Assembly (NCBI GenBank): GCA_947459655.1
Contig: CANHEE010000001.1
Coordinates: 39,493-103,492 of the forward strand
Source: Lewinellaceae bacterium
GTDB lineage: Bacteria > Bacteroidota > Bacteroidia > Chitinophagales > Saprospiraceae
Length of the DNA: 64,000 nt
Reading direction: 5' to 3'
Shown piece by piece: positions 55,753 to 64,000 of the stretch. How positions within the stretch are numbered: position 1 is the first letter of the stretch; every line of letters begins with the position of its first letter. The translations under genes were made by a program, and so were the position numbers. Below the pieces are notes generated by a model that was not told where the DNA came from, did not search any database, and worked only from the letters and a program-made list of their open reading frames with translations.

Positions 55753-56535
55753 TTACAATTTAAATTCTCCGGTCAGAAAAGTTACCGCATTGCCGGCGAT
55801 TTCCACCCGGCTTCCGAGGTATTTGCAGTACAGTGTTCCTCCCCGCGAAGAAATCTGTCTGGCCACCAGACGGTTTTTAGTCAGTTTTTCTGCCCAGTAC
55901 GGTGTCATGGTTGTATGCGCAGATCCCGTAACAGGGTCTTCGTTAACGCCCGATTGTGGATAAAAACACCTGGAAACAAAGTCGGTCTCCGAACCTCTTG
56001 CGGTGGCAATGAGTCCACGCGAAGGCACCTGGCGGAGTTTCATAAAATCGGGATTCAGGTTTGCCACGGCTGCTTCGCTCTTGAGTACTACCATGAAATC
56101 ACTCTTACCTTGATAAGTTTCCAGGACCGGTGTTTTCAGTATTTTTTCAAACGCCAGTGAGTATTCGTTTGCTTTTTTGAGTATGTCTGCCGGAAAATTG
56201 AGGATATAGAGGTTTTGTTCTTTTTTTACCGTCAGTAATCCGCCCCTTGACTCGAATTTTATTTCGGATCCCGTGTAGCCAAGGTGCTCAAAACAGACAT
56301 GTGCGGCAGCGAGCGTGGCATGACCACAAAGATCGACTTCGATTGTAGGGGTAAACCATCTGATACGGAAAATATCTTTATCTTTGGGCACGACAAAAGC
56401 GGTTTCAGAGAGATTGTTTTCCTCTGCAATACGCTGCATGAGTTCATCCGGCAACCAGGTTTTGGATGGCACCACTGCTGCGGGATTGCCACCAAAAAGC
56501 TTGTCTGTAAAAGCATCTACCTGATAAATTCTCAT
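55753..56535 (-). CDS. PhzF-family isomerase
   Basis: MRIYQVDAFTDKLFGGNPAAVV N-terminus, ETAF and CGHATLA motifs. ATG at 56535 is preferred. Confidence 0.85.
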   Translation of the reverse strand: MRIYQVDAFTDKLFGGNPAAVVPSKTWLPDELMQRIAEENNLSETAFVVPKDKDIFRIRWFTPTIEVDLCGHATLAAAHVCFEHLGYTGSEIKFESRGGLLTVKKEQNLYILNFPADILKKANEYSLAFEKILKTPVLETYQGKSDFMVVLKSEAAVANLNPDFMKLRQVPSRGLIATARGSETDFVSRCFYPQSGVNEDPVTGSAHTTMTPYWAEKLTKNRLVARQISSRGGTLYCKYLGSRVEIAGNAVTFLTGEFKL

Positions 56536-56614
56536 CGTTGAATTTCTTGTGATACCTGAATTCGGATTTTCCGCCAGGAAGCGCACAAAAATACAACAAA
56601 ATAAAATACCAATC

Positions 56615-57730
56615 ATGCAAATTCACGTAATTGCTTTCGACATACCCTACCCGGCAGATTACGGTGGAGTTATCGATGTTTATTACAAAATAAAGGCACT
56701 CAAGGATTCGGGTTTGCAGGTGAATTTGCATTGTTTTCAATATGGTAAAAGGAAGCAGTCTGATGTCCTTTTGGGGCTATGTGAAAGTGTCCGTTACTAC
56801 AAAAGATCGCTCTCATGGGTAAACCAGCTTTCCGGCTTGCCGTTTATCGTGCAGTCAAGAAACAACAGCTTATTGATTGAAAACCTTTGCAGGGACAACT
56901 ACCCAATTCTATTTGAGGGTATTCACACGACCTGCTGTATTGGAGATGAGCGTTTAAAGGACAGAACCAGATTGCTTAGGATGCACAACATCGAATGGCA
57001 TTATTATGCTAACCTTGCATTGCGGGAAAGTAATATTATCAGAAAGAGCTACCTCCAATTGGAGAGCCTCAGACTAAAACGATACGAGAAAAAATTGCAG
57101 CAGCAGGATATCCGGATTCTGGCCATCTCAGATGCTGATAAACGCTACTTCAGCGAAAGTGGTTTTCGGACAGTAAGCCTTTTACCTGCTTTTCATCCTT
57201 TTGGAGGTGTTCATTCGAAACCGGGAAGGGGAAAATTCGTATTGTTCCATGGCAATCTTAGTGTAGCAGATAACCGCGACGCCGCAGTTTTTTTAATGGA
57301 AAAAGTGTTTGCTGATCTGCCCTTTCCGTTGGTTATTGCAGGAAAAAATCCGGATAGGGATTTGTATAATAAGGCAAAAAAATACGGAGCAAAAGTGGAA
57401 ATAGTCGCCAATCCGGATGAAGATAAAATGCGACAATTGCTTGGCGATGCCCACGCGCATGTACTCTGGTCGTTTCAGCCCGAAGGCATTAAACTTAAGC
57501 TGTACTACGCGCTCTGCGAAGGTCGATTTGTGATTGCAAACAGCAAAGTAGCTGAAAATTCCGGAATGAAGCAGCTGCTTCAAATTGCAGATTCTGCCGG
57601 TGATGTTCAGGAATTGTTGAAAAAGGCTTTTGCGCGGGAATTCGAAATGGATGAAATTGCAAAAAGGGATGCATTTCTGGAAAAGGCGCGAAGCATTCAG
57701 ATGGAGCTGTTGAAAGAAATCTTTCAATAA
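56615..57730 (+). CDS. putative glycosyltransferase (GT-B, family uncertain)
   Basis: The N-terminus MQIHVIAFDIPYPADYGGVIDVYYKIKAL and the C-terminal Rossmann-like half (FVLFHGNLSVADN ... VIAGKNPD) suggest a GT1/GT4-like fold. No sharp motif is present. Confidence 0.5.
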   Translation: MQIHVIAFDIPYPADYGGVIDVYYKIKALKDSGLQVNLHCFQYGKRKQSDVLLGLCESVRYYKRSLSWVNQLSGLPFIVQSRNNSLLIENLCRDNYPILFEGIHTTCCIGDERLKDRTRLLRMHNIEWHYYANLALRESNIIRKSYLQLESLRLKRYEKKLQQQDIRILAISDADKRYFSESGFRTVSLLPAFHPFGGVHSKPGRGKFVLFHGNLSVADNRDAAVFLMEKVFADLPFPLVIAGKNPDRDLYNKAKKYGAKVEIVANPDEDKMRQLLGDAHAHVLWSFQPEGIKLKLYYALCEGRFVIANSKVAENSGMKQLLQIADSAGDVQELLKKAFAREFEMDEIAKRDAFLEKARSIQMELLKEIFQ

Positions 57731-57827
57731 AAAACAACAAAAAACTTAAAACACTTGCTTTATTAAATAATTTGTTTTATGTTTGTAAAACAAATCTGTT
57801 CAGAATAGAGCAAATAGGAGTAAAGTT

Positions 57828-58613
57828 ATGGGTTCAGTCCGGAAATCAGTTGCAAAAAAAATGAGTCGCCAGTTGCCGGCTCTGCAAAAGTTTACCTCGC
57901 ACAATATCCTGCAGCTGGTTTTTATCTGTATTCTACTGTTTTTTGCATCCCACTACAATTTCAATTTCAGTCTTACAGAAGAAAGTTCCGGGTCATCTGA
58001 GTTGGCTCCGAAAGAAGGAAAATCGAAGATGGGGGCCATATTTGCAGCACTGCATGGTAGTTTCGGCAGGGCTGACACAAAAGCTGTCCAGGTTAAAAAC
58101 GACAACAGAGGCAACACCTATTCCAACGTTTCTTATTGGGCAGGAAAAAGAAGCGCTTCAGATGAAAAGAAGATGAAGCAACTCAACTACGTCACACGAT
58201 TTGGTAAAATTGCGCAGACAGAAATGAACAAGTATGGCATCCCGGCGAGCATCATTCTCGCCCAGGGCATATTGGAGAGCAATGCAGGCCAGAGCAGTCT
58301 TGCCGAACAGAACAACAACCATTTCGGGATAAAGTGCTTTGCACGCAATTGTAAAAAAGGTCATTGCAGCAACTATACCGACGACAGCCACAAGGATTTT
58401 TTCCGTGCCTACGCTTCACCATGGGAAAGTTACCGTGCACATAGCATTATGATTGTTAACAACCAGTACCGTAAACTGCTGAAATACGGAACAAGGGATT
58501 ATAAAAACTGGGCTTACGGGCTGAAGAATCTGGGCTACGCAACCGATGATCACTATGCAGAAAGCCTGATAAGGACAATCGAAGATCTTGATTTGCATTC
58601 ATTTGATCGTTAG
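57828..58613 (+). CDS. glucosaminidase-domain (GH73-like) peptidoglycan hydrolase, second paralogue
   Basis: SIILAQGILESNAGQSSLAEQNNNHFGIKCF and YATDDHYAESL motifs. It has an N-terminal TM anchor. Confidence 0.75.
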   Translation: MGSVRKSVAKKMSRQLPALQKFTSHNILQLVFICILLFFASHYNFNFSLTEESSGSSELAPKEGKSKMGAIFAALHGSFGRADTKAVQVKNDNRGNTYSNVSYWAGKRSASDEKKMKQLNYVTRFGKIAQTEMNKYGIPASIILAQGILESNAGQSSLAEQNNNHFGIKCFARNCKKGHCSNYTDDSHKDFFRAYASPWESYRAHSIMIVNNQYRKLLKYGTRDYKNWAYGLKNLGYATDDHYAESLIRTIEDLDLHSFDR

Positions 58614-58650
58614 TATGCTCTCTGGTCTGAAATTATTCAACTTTTACATC

Positions 58651-58686
58651 AAATGTCGGAAAAGCTAAGCACTTTTTCCGACATTT
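58651..58686 (+). terminator. possible terminator hairpin
   Basis: A 13-bp stem, AAATGTCGGAAAA pairing with TTTTCCGACATTT, with a 10-nt loop. There is no strong trailing T-run. Confidence 0.4.
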
Positions 58687-58710
58687 GCATTTCAGATAAA
58701 ATCCTGATTC

Positions 58711-59754
58711 ATGATCAGTAATCCTACATTTGGGGCTTCATTTCTTGCGATACTTCTACTGTGTTCATGCCATTCTAGGAAAGATAGCAATGCGGCCGGT
58801 GCCAAACCAAATGCCACTCCTGTAGCAGCCGATGTGGTTGTTTGCAAAGCATCACAACTCAATGCCGAGCTGGAATTGAACGGAACAGTGCTGGCAAACG
58901 ACTTTGTGGAGTTGCGACCTGAAGTTTCCGGTAGGATTGTAAGCATCAACATCAGAGAAGGAGCGCTCGTACCCAAGGACCAGCTAGTAGTAAAATTATA
59001 TGATGATGATTTACAGGCGCAGCTCCGGAAAAATCAGTCCTTGCTTGCCATTGCACAATCCAATGAGGGTCGCCTGAAAAAATTGCTCGAGCAAAAAGGT
59101 GTCAGTCAGCAGGAATACGATCAGGCACTTGCACAGGTGAACGCTCTGCAGGCAGAAATGGACTTTGTAAAGGCTCAAATCAGAAAAACGGAAATCAGAA
59201 GTCCTTTTGCCGGTAAAATTGGCTTAAGACAAGTCAGCATAGGGGCATTTGTCTCGCCGCAGAATGTCATCAGTACACTGCAGGCAACCAATGGCATGAA
59301 GGTTGATTTCAACGTGCCTGAAAACTACGGCGGACTGATCAGAACAGGGGTCAAAGTTGCTGCGGTAATAGAGGGAAAATCTGGAAAAGTGCCTGCGCAA
59401 ATTATTGCGGTAGAGCCACAAATCAATCAGCAAACGAGAAATCTCAAAGTGCGCGCTGCCCTCTCCGCTAAAGATGTTCAGGTTGGCGCTTTTGCAAAAA
59501 TTTTACTGCCTCAGGTTACCCGAAACAGCATTCAATTGCCGACAAACGCTATCATACCGGATACCAGAAACAAGAAAGTTTTTGTATTCCGGAATGGAAA
59601 GGTTCAGTCAATCATAGTGGAAACAGGAATTCGGCAAAATGACATCGTGGAAATTGTTTCAGGTTTGTCAGTAGGAGATACCGTGGCTGTTTCAGCTTTG
59701 CTATATCTGAGACCTGATGCACCTGCACGTGTTAAAAGTGTCATAACGCAGTAG
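58711..59754 (+). CDS. efflux RND-type periplasmic adaptor (membrane fusion protein)
   Basis: Lipoprotein-like N-terminus (LLLCSC), a barrel-sandwich/hairpin pattern (VELRPEVSGRIV ... coiled coil ... IRSPFAGKIG), and a C-terminal beta domain. Confidence 0.8.
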   Translation: MISNPTFGASFLAILLLCSCHSRKDSNAAGAKPNATPVAADVVVCKASQLNAELELNGTVLANDFVELRPEVSGRIVSINIREGALVPKDQLVVKLYDDDLQAQLRKNQSLLAIAQSNEGRLKKLLEQKGVSQQEYDQALAQVNALQAEMDFVKAQIRKTEIRSPFAGKIGLRQVSIGAFVSPQNVISTLQATNGMKVDFNVPENYGGLIRTGVKVAAVIEGKSGKVPAQIIAVEPQINQQTRNLKVRAALSAKDVQVGAFAKILLPQVTRNSIQLPTNAIIPDTRNKKVFVFRNGKVQSIIVETGIRQNDIVEIVSGLSVGDTVAVSALLYLRPDAPARVKSVITQ

Positions 59755-59825
59755 TTTCACTTGCCATTTTGATCAATTTTTCCTATTTTTATATAATTTT
59801 CAGAATTACATCAACCGATTTTGTG

Positions 59826-60656
59826 ATGAGATATTGCAAGCTGATTCTTCCTCTTTTATGCATGTTCTTTTTTTCCTGCAAAGAAGAGCCAATTTACATA
59901 CCACCGCTTGGTCAAAACAATCCGATAAAGACCACAAAACCCCACAGGGTATTGGTAGAGGAATTTACCGGCGTACGTTGTGTGAACTGTCCTGATGGAG
60001 CAGCGGAAATTGAAAATTTGCGTTCCAAATACAAGGAAAATCTGGTCAGCGTGTCCATCCATGCCGGAGATTTCGCAAAGAAATTGTCTGCCTCAAAATA
60101 CGATTTTAAAATTGCCGACGGAGTGAGTCTTCTCAACTTTCTGGGATCTCCGGAGGGTTTTCCCTCTGCGGTAATCAACAGAAAGCCCTATGGTACCAAC
60201 AATACGCTGAATGTCGTGGGACTGGCAAAATGGGCGGGTATAGTGAAAGATGAAAGTACTATTAATCCCGACGCCGACCTGACGGCAACAATTGACTATA
60301 ATAATAGCAGTCGGCTATTGAAAGCCACCCTCAATATTGAACCACTCGTCAACATGAGTGGCGAGTACCATCTGACCGTTTTCTTGACTGAAAGCAACAT
60401 TGTTGATGCACAGACAGTACCGGTAGTTGGAGTAAAAACAGATTATGTGCACAAGCATGTGCTGAGGGCATCGCTAACCAATTACGACGGGCAACCGATT
60501 ACAGAAACACTGACCAAAGGAAAAATCGTCAGCAGGATGTTTACTTATACGCTGCCGGCAGAATTCAAGTCCAAGGACTGTGAAATTGTGGCATTTATTC
60601 ACAAGGCCGGAGCCTCCAAGGAGGTAGTACAGGCAGTAGCAGCGAAAATCGAATAG
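59826..60656 (+). CDS. Omp28-related / thioredoxin-like-fold lipoprotein
   Basis: Lipoprotein signal MRYCKLILPLLCMFFFSC and VLVEEFTGVRCVNCPDG, recalled from Omp28-related Bacteroidota proteins. Confidence 0.5.
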   Translation: MRYCKLILPLLCMFFFSCKEEPIYIPPLGQNNPIKTTKPHRVLVEEFTGVRCVNCPDGAAEIENLRSKYKENLVSVSIHAGDFAKKLSASKYDFKIADGVSLLNFLGSPEGFPSAVINRKPYGTNNTLNVVGLAKWAGIVKDESTINPDADLTATIDYNNSSRLLKATLNIEPLVNMSGEYHLTVFLTESNIVDAQTVPVVGVKTDYVHKHVLRASLTNYDGQPITETLTKGKIVSRMFTYTLPAEFKSKDCEIVAFIHKAGASKEVVQAVAAKIE

Positions 60657-60664
60657 GCTTCGAA

Positions 60665-61918
60665 ATGGACATCAGAATTCGGCACCATTCGCGAATACTG
60701 CAAGGTGAAATCACTCTGGAATCATCCAAAAGCGTTAGCAACCGGGTTTTGATTATTCAGGCACTATGCAGGCAACCATTTCGCATTGAAAATATTTCTA
60801 GGGCCGAGGACACCGTTGTTCTTCAGGGCTTGTTGCATCAAGGTGGTAACACTTACAATTGTGGTGCAGGAGGAACCACTTTCAGGTTTCTCACCGCTTT
60901 ACTGGCAATGAAGCCGGGAACCCAGATCATTACTGGAACGACTGGTTTACAAAAAAGACCCATTGGAGAGCTGGTCAGATGCCTGCGTGGATTGGGAGCT
61001 AAAATTGAATATCTGGGAAACGAAGGATTTCCACCATTGCGGGTTGCAGAACCTAATTTCTCAGACGCGAAAAATGCAATTGAAATAGACGCTTCAGTGA
61101 GCAGCCAGTTCGTTTCAGCTCTTCTGATGATCGCTCCCGAATTGCCCGGCGGCTTGAAGCTAAAATTAAGCAATGCCATCGCTTCGGAACCATATATTGA
61201 GATGACCCTGCAATTGATGCAACATTTTGGTGCGACTTTTACCAGGGAAAAGGGACAAATAATCATTGCTCCGCAAAAATACAAGGCAAGGGATATTCAA
61301 ATTGAGGCAGATTGGTCTGGAGCATCCTATTATTATGCTGCCGCGGCGCTGGCAGAACAGGCTGATTTTCAACTGAACGGACTTTTCGAAAACAGTTTTC
61401 AGGGAGATAGTGTCATCAGGGAATTGGGAAAGCAATTTGGTGTGCAAACGATTTTTAACAGTCGCGGTGCACAGCTGGTAAAGAAAGCTGAAAAAGAGCT
61501 TACCACATTTGAATATGATTTCCTGAAGCATCCCGATCTGGCACAGACCTTGGCGGTGCTTGTTGCAGCAAAAGGAGTATCCGGATTGTTTTCCGGGATT
61601 GAATCCCTGAAAATCAAAGAAACCGACAGGGTGGCTGCCATTAAACAGGAACTTGCGAAAGCGGGTGTTTATATGAGTGAGCTGCCGGAGCGGTTCTCCC
61701 GGGATAAGTCAAAGAAGTTCTACATGATTGAGGGTTCGTTGCGGAGCGGTGAAATAGAAGTAGAAACCTATGATGATCATAGAATGGCACTTTGTTTTTT
61801 TCCTTTGGCATTGCGACAGCCGGTTCTGATAAAATCTGCAGAGGTTGTCAGCAAATCCTATCCAAATGTCTGGTCAGACCTGGAAAAGCTCGGATTTGTT
61901 ATTGAATATTTCAACTAA
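60665..61918 (+). CDS. aroA: 3-phosphoshikimate 1-carboxyvinyltransferase (EPSP synthase)
   Basis: LESSKSVSNRVLI, CGAGGTTFRFL, LQKRPIGELV and DHRMAL motifs. Confidence 0.9.
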   Translation: MDIRIRHHSRILQGEITLESSKSVSNRVLIIQALCRQPFRIENISRAEDTVVLQGLLHQGGNTYNCGAGGTTFRFLTALLAMKPGTQIITGTTGLQKRPIGELVRCLRGLGAKIEYLGNEGFPPLRVAEPNFSDAKNAIEIDASVSSQFVSALLMIAPELPGGLKLKLSNAIASEPYIEMTLQLMQHFGATFTREKGQIIIAPQKYKARDIQIEADWSGASYYYAAAALAEQADFQLNGLFENSFQGDSVIRELGKQFGVQTIFNSRGAQLVKKAEKELTTFEYDFLKHPDLAQTLAVLVAAKGVSGLFSGIESLKIKETDRVAAIKQELAKAGVYMSELPERFSRDKSKKFYMIEGSLRSGEIEVETYDDHRMALCFFPLALRQPVLIKSAEVVSKSYPNVWSDLEKLGFVIEYFN

Positions 61919-61929
61919 ACCATTTAGAT

Positions 61930-62316
61930 ATGAAACCACTAATCGCGCTGCATTTCTTTTTAATGCTTTTTATCGCCAATTTTTCCTGTGCACAATCAGC
62001 AGACAAGCTGGATGCTCCTGCTTTCAGCAAAGCTATGAAGGCCTCTCCCAATGGCATTATTCTCGATGTCCGCAGCGAAGCGGAGTTTAGAGAGGTTCGC
62101 ATGGCGAAGGCCTTAAACATCAACTACAATGCTCCTGATTTTATGGATCAGGTTGCAAAACTGGATAAAAAGAAAGACATTTTTGTTTATTGTGCCGGTG
62201 GAGTGCGCAGTGCAAGAGCAGCGGAGCTCATGCGTGCTAACGGTTTCAAACATGTCATCGAATTGAAGGGCGGGCTGCAGTCTTGGCAGCAGGCAGGACT
62301 ACCTTTAGAAAAATAA
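61930..62316 (+). CDS. rhodanese-domain protein (secreted)
   Basis: Signal peptide, ILDVRSEAEF, and the active-site loop YCAGGVRSARAA. Confidence 0.8.
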   Translation: MKPLIALHFFLMLFIANFSCAQSADKLDAPAFSKAMKASPNGIILDVRSEAEFREVRMAKALNINYNAPDFMDQVAKLDKKKDIFVYCAGGVRSARAAELMRANGFKHVIELKGGLQSWQQAGLPLEK

Positions 62317-62318
62317 TC

Positions 62319-62657
62319 ATGCAGATAGAAGAAGCTCAAAAAGTGGTTGACAACTGGATACAGTCTGTCGGGGTTCGGTATTTCAACGAACTGACCAATA
62401 CTGCCATCCTGATGGAAGAGGTCGGTGAACTGGCGCGGATAATGGCTAGGCTCTACGGTGAACAATCGTTTAAAGCGTCAGAAGCTGGTCTGGAGCACAA
62501 GGAAAGTCTTGCAGATGAGATGGCGGATGTCCTTTTTGTATTGATTTGCTTGGCCAATCAGACAGGTGTTGACCTGACAAAGGCTCTTGAAAAAAATCTA
62601 ATCAAGAAAACCGTGCGAGACAAAGAAAGGCATCAGGAAAATGAAAAACTGAAGTGA
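62319..62657 (+). CDS. MazG-like nucleotide pyrophosphohydrolase
   Basis: EEVGELAR and LADEMADVLFVLICLAN (EExxE/D pattern). ATG at 62319 lies 3 nt after the rhodanese stop codon. Confidence 0.8.
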   Translation: MQIEEAQKVVDNWIQSVGVRYFNELTNTAILMEEVGELARIMARLYGEQSFKASEAGLEHKESLADEMADVLFVLICLANQTGVDLTKALEKNLIKKTVRDKERHQENEKLK

Positions 62658-62670
62658 AGATAGTCTGCCT

Positions 62671-63567
62671 TCAATAATCTATTCCAATCTGCTGGTATTT
62701 GGTAAGGTTCGCCGGATCTATTTTCGTCATCACGTCGAATGTCTTTAGCTTGAGCGGTTTGTTGAAACCCTTGGCCATTTCAATTATTTCATTTGATTTG
62801 GCTACGACAAACATCTGGATAATCATCGCATTGGGATAGCTGCTGTTGGCTCTATTGATTTCGTCCAGGGCAAGAATGATTTTGTTTTGGGCATCCTCCC
62901 TGTTTCTTGTAAAGGTATCCATTCCAAGTCGGTGGTAAGTGTATTGAGCCTCCCTAAAATTTCTAAGTCTCGGACTTAGAGTATTTTCCATCATCCAGTA
63001 ACGGTTTCTGTTTACGCTACCAGGAACCCAACCTTCTACCTGTGGTGCTGCCCGTACAATTTCTTGTGCTATCTGAAAGTATGGCTCTCCGCCCAATGGA
63101 CTGAATGTATCATAATCAAGACCCAGTACATAGTAGGCATAGAAGGAGAAAATTGCAGTTAGACGGTCAAGATTGGAGTTTCTGGTAAATTGGATGGGTT
63201 GGTATTGTTCGTAATTGAAAGTGATCCTGTCGTCAGAGTGGTTGAGAATTGGTGTTTCTGTATCCGTGCCGTAGATTGGTCTGGTAGCCTGTATATTGAT
63301 GACAGCCTCAAACGTTGATGCATCGACTTCTTTATCGATGTTGATGGTTATGTTGAGTTTAATTCTTTCCTCCGGTTCAAAAACATCATCCGTCCATTTG
63401 GTATTGTTCAGAAATTCAATTAGTTGGTTTTCAAGAGTTCTGAAAACCTTTACATCCGTATTCTGAATTTTAGGGGAGTTTATTTTTACAGTCGCCTGCA
63501 GCTCCTGTGTGAAGCTCTTGGCTGAAAAGCAGAAATAAAGGATAGAAAAAAGAATATATTTTTTCAT
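62671..63567 (-). CDS. DUF4835-family protein (I believe recent annotations name this family T9SS protein PorD; unverified)
   Basis: Signal peptide, then ELQATVKINSPKIQNTDVKVFRTLENQLIEFLNNTKWT, characteristic of DUF4835. Its ATG overlaps the coaBC TGA (ATGA). Confidence 0.6.
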   Translation of the reverse strand: MKKYILFSILYFCFSAKSFTQELQATVKINSPKIQNTDVKVFRTLENQLIEFLNNTKWTDDVFEPEERIKLNITINIDKEVDASTFEAVINIQATRPIYGTDTETPILNHSDDRITFNYEQYQPIQFTRNSNLDRLTAIFSFYAYYVLGLDYDTFSPLGGEPYFQIAQEIVRAAPQVEGWVPGSVNRNRYWMMENTLSPRLRNFREAQYTYHRLGMDTFTRNREDAQNKIILALDEINRANSSYPNAMIIQMFVVAKSNEIIEMAKGFNKPLKLKTFDVMTKIDPANLTKYQQIGIDY

Positions 63568-64000
63568 TTCAATAGGTATAACTTCAAAGCATCGGCAATA
63601 TCAACGGCTACATTTTCCTTGCTTTTTAACTGATAATTTTCAATTTTATTGCCTCTGTGTATGATGCTTATTTTGTTGGTGTCGGACTGAAAACCTGCAC
63701 CCTCATCTTTTAATGAGTTCAGAACGATAAAATCAAAATTCTTTTTTTCCAGCTTTGTTTTTGCATTTTCCAGTTCCTGGTCGGTTTCCAACGCAAAACC
63801 AACAGTAATCTGTGATGGCTTTTTAATTTTACCCATTGCAGCAGCAATATCAGGGTTTTTCACCAGCTGCACTTCCATGCTCTCCCCCTCCTTTTTGATT
63901 TTACAGGTAGCAGCATAAAGTGGACGATAGTCTGCAACGGCTGCTGAAAAAATGGCGGCATCGCATTCCGGAAATACCTCTTTAGTCGCATCATACATTT
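63564..64000 (-). CDS. coaBC: bifunctional phosphopantothenoylcysteine decarboxylase/phosphopantothenate-cysteine ligase, 3' end only
   Basis: The C-terminal CoaB segment (AAVADYRP ... VGFALET ... DFIVLN) is present. The ORF stays open to the window edge. Confidence 0.85.
   Translation of the reverse strand, partial: MYDATKEVFPECDAAIFSAAVADYRPLYAATCKIKKEGESMEVQLVKNPDIAAAMGKIKKPSQITVGFALETDQELENAKTKLEKKNFDFIVLNSLKDEGAGFQSDTNKISIIHRGNKIENYQLKSKENVAVDIADALKLYLLK

Overview
The window looks like chromosomal core DNA from a Bacteroidota genome. This is supported by the DUF4783, DUF4294, DUF4835, GWxTD, Omp28-like and BshA families, TAnnTTTG-type -7 promoter boxes, and long-form PurF and HutU. It is densely packed with housekeeping genes: thrS, cysS, pdxA, purF, accC, rlmN, aroA, tatC, hutU, tsaE, ctaA, idi-2, crcB, rfbC, the coaBC 3' end and one tRNA(CAT). 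Cell-envelope genes are also present (TolC-like, LptD/OstA-like, amidase-SPOR, two glucosaminidase-domain proteins, a WecA-like transferase). I see no CRISPR array, prophage, rRNA or recognisable defence island, and no convincing novel multi-gene system. The observations most worth follow-up are: (1) four co-oriented DnaA boxes at 27.9-28.1 kb plus a 598-bp AT-rich non-coding stretch at 29.2-29.8 kb, which flank ctaA and may be a replication origin or a DnaA-controlled locus; (2) an IS200-like Y1 (RAYT-type) transposase inside an array of GCTCC-N3-4-GGAGC hairpin repeats, with a second cluster of the same repeats beside the tRNA; (3) a consensus sigma-54 -24/-12 element preceded by two perfect 21-bp direct repeats; (4) a divergent ThrB-like GHMP kinase between thrS and pdxA in a lower-GC patch, flanked by GTTCCACGTG palindromes; (5) an untracked 41-codon ORF coupled between arsR and arsC; (6) a 1116-aa membrane-anchored protein with a very long K/E/Q-rich coiled coil. 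All functional calls come from motif recognition by eye. No searches were run.
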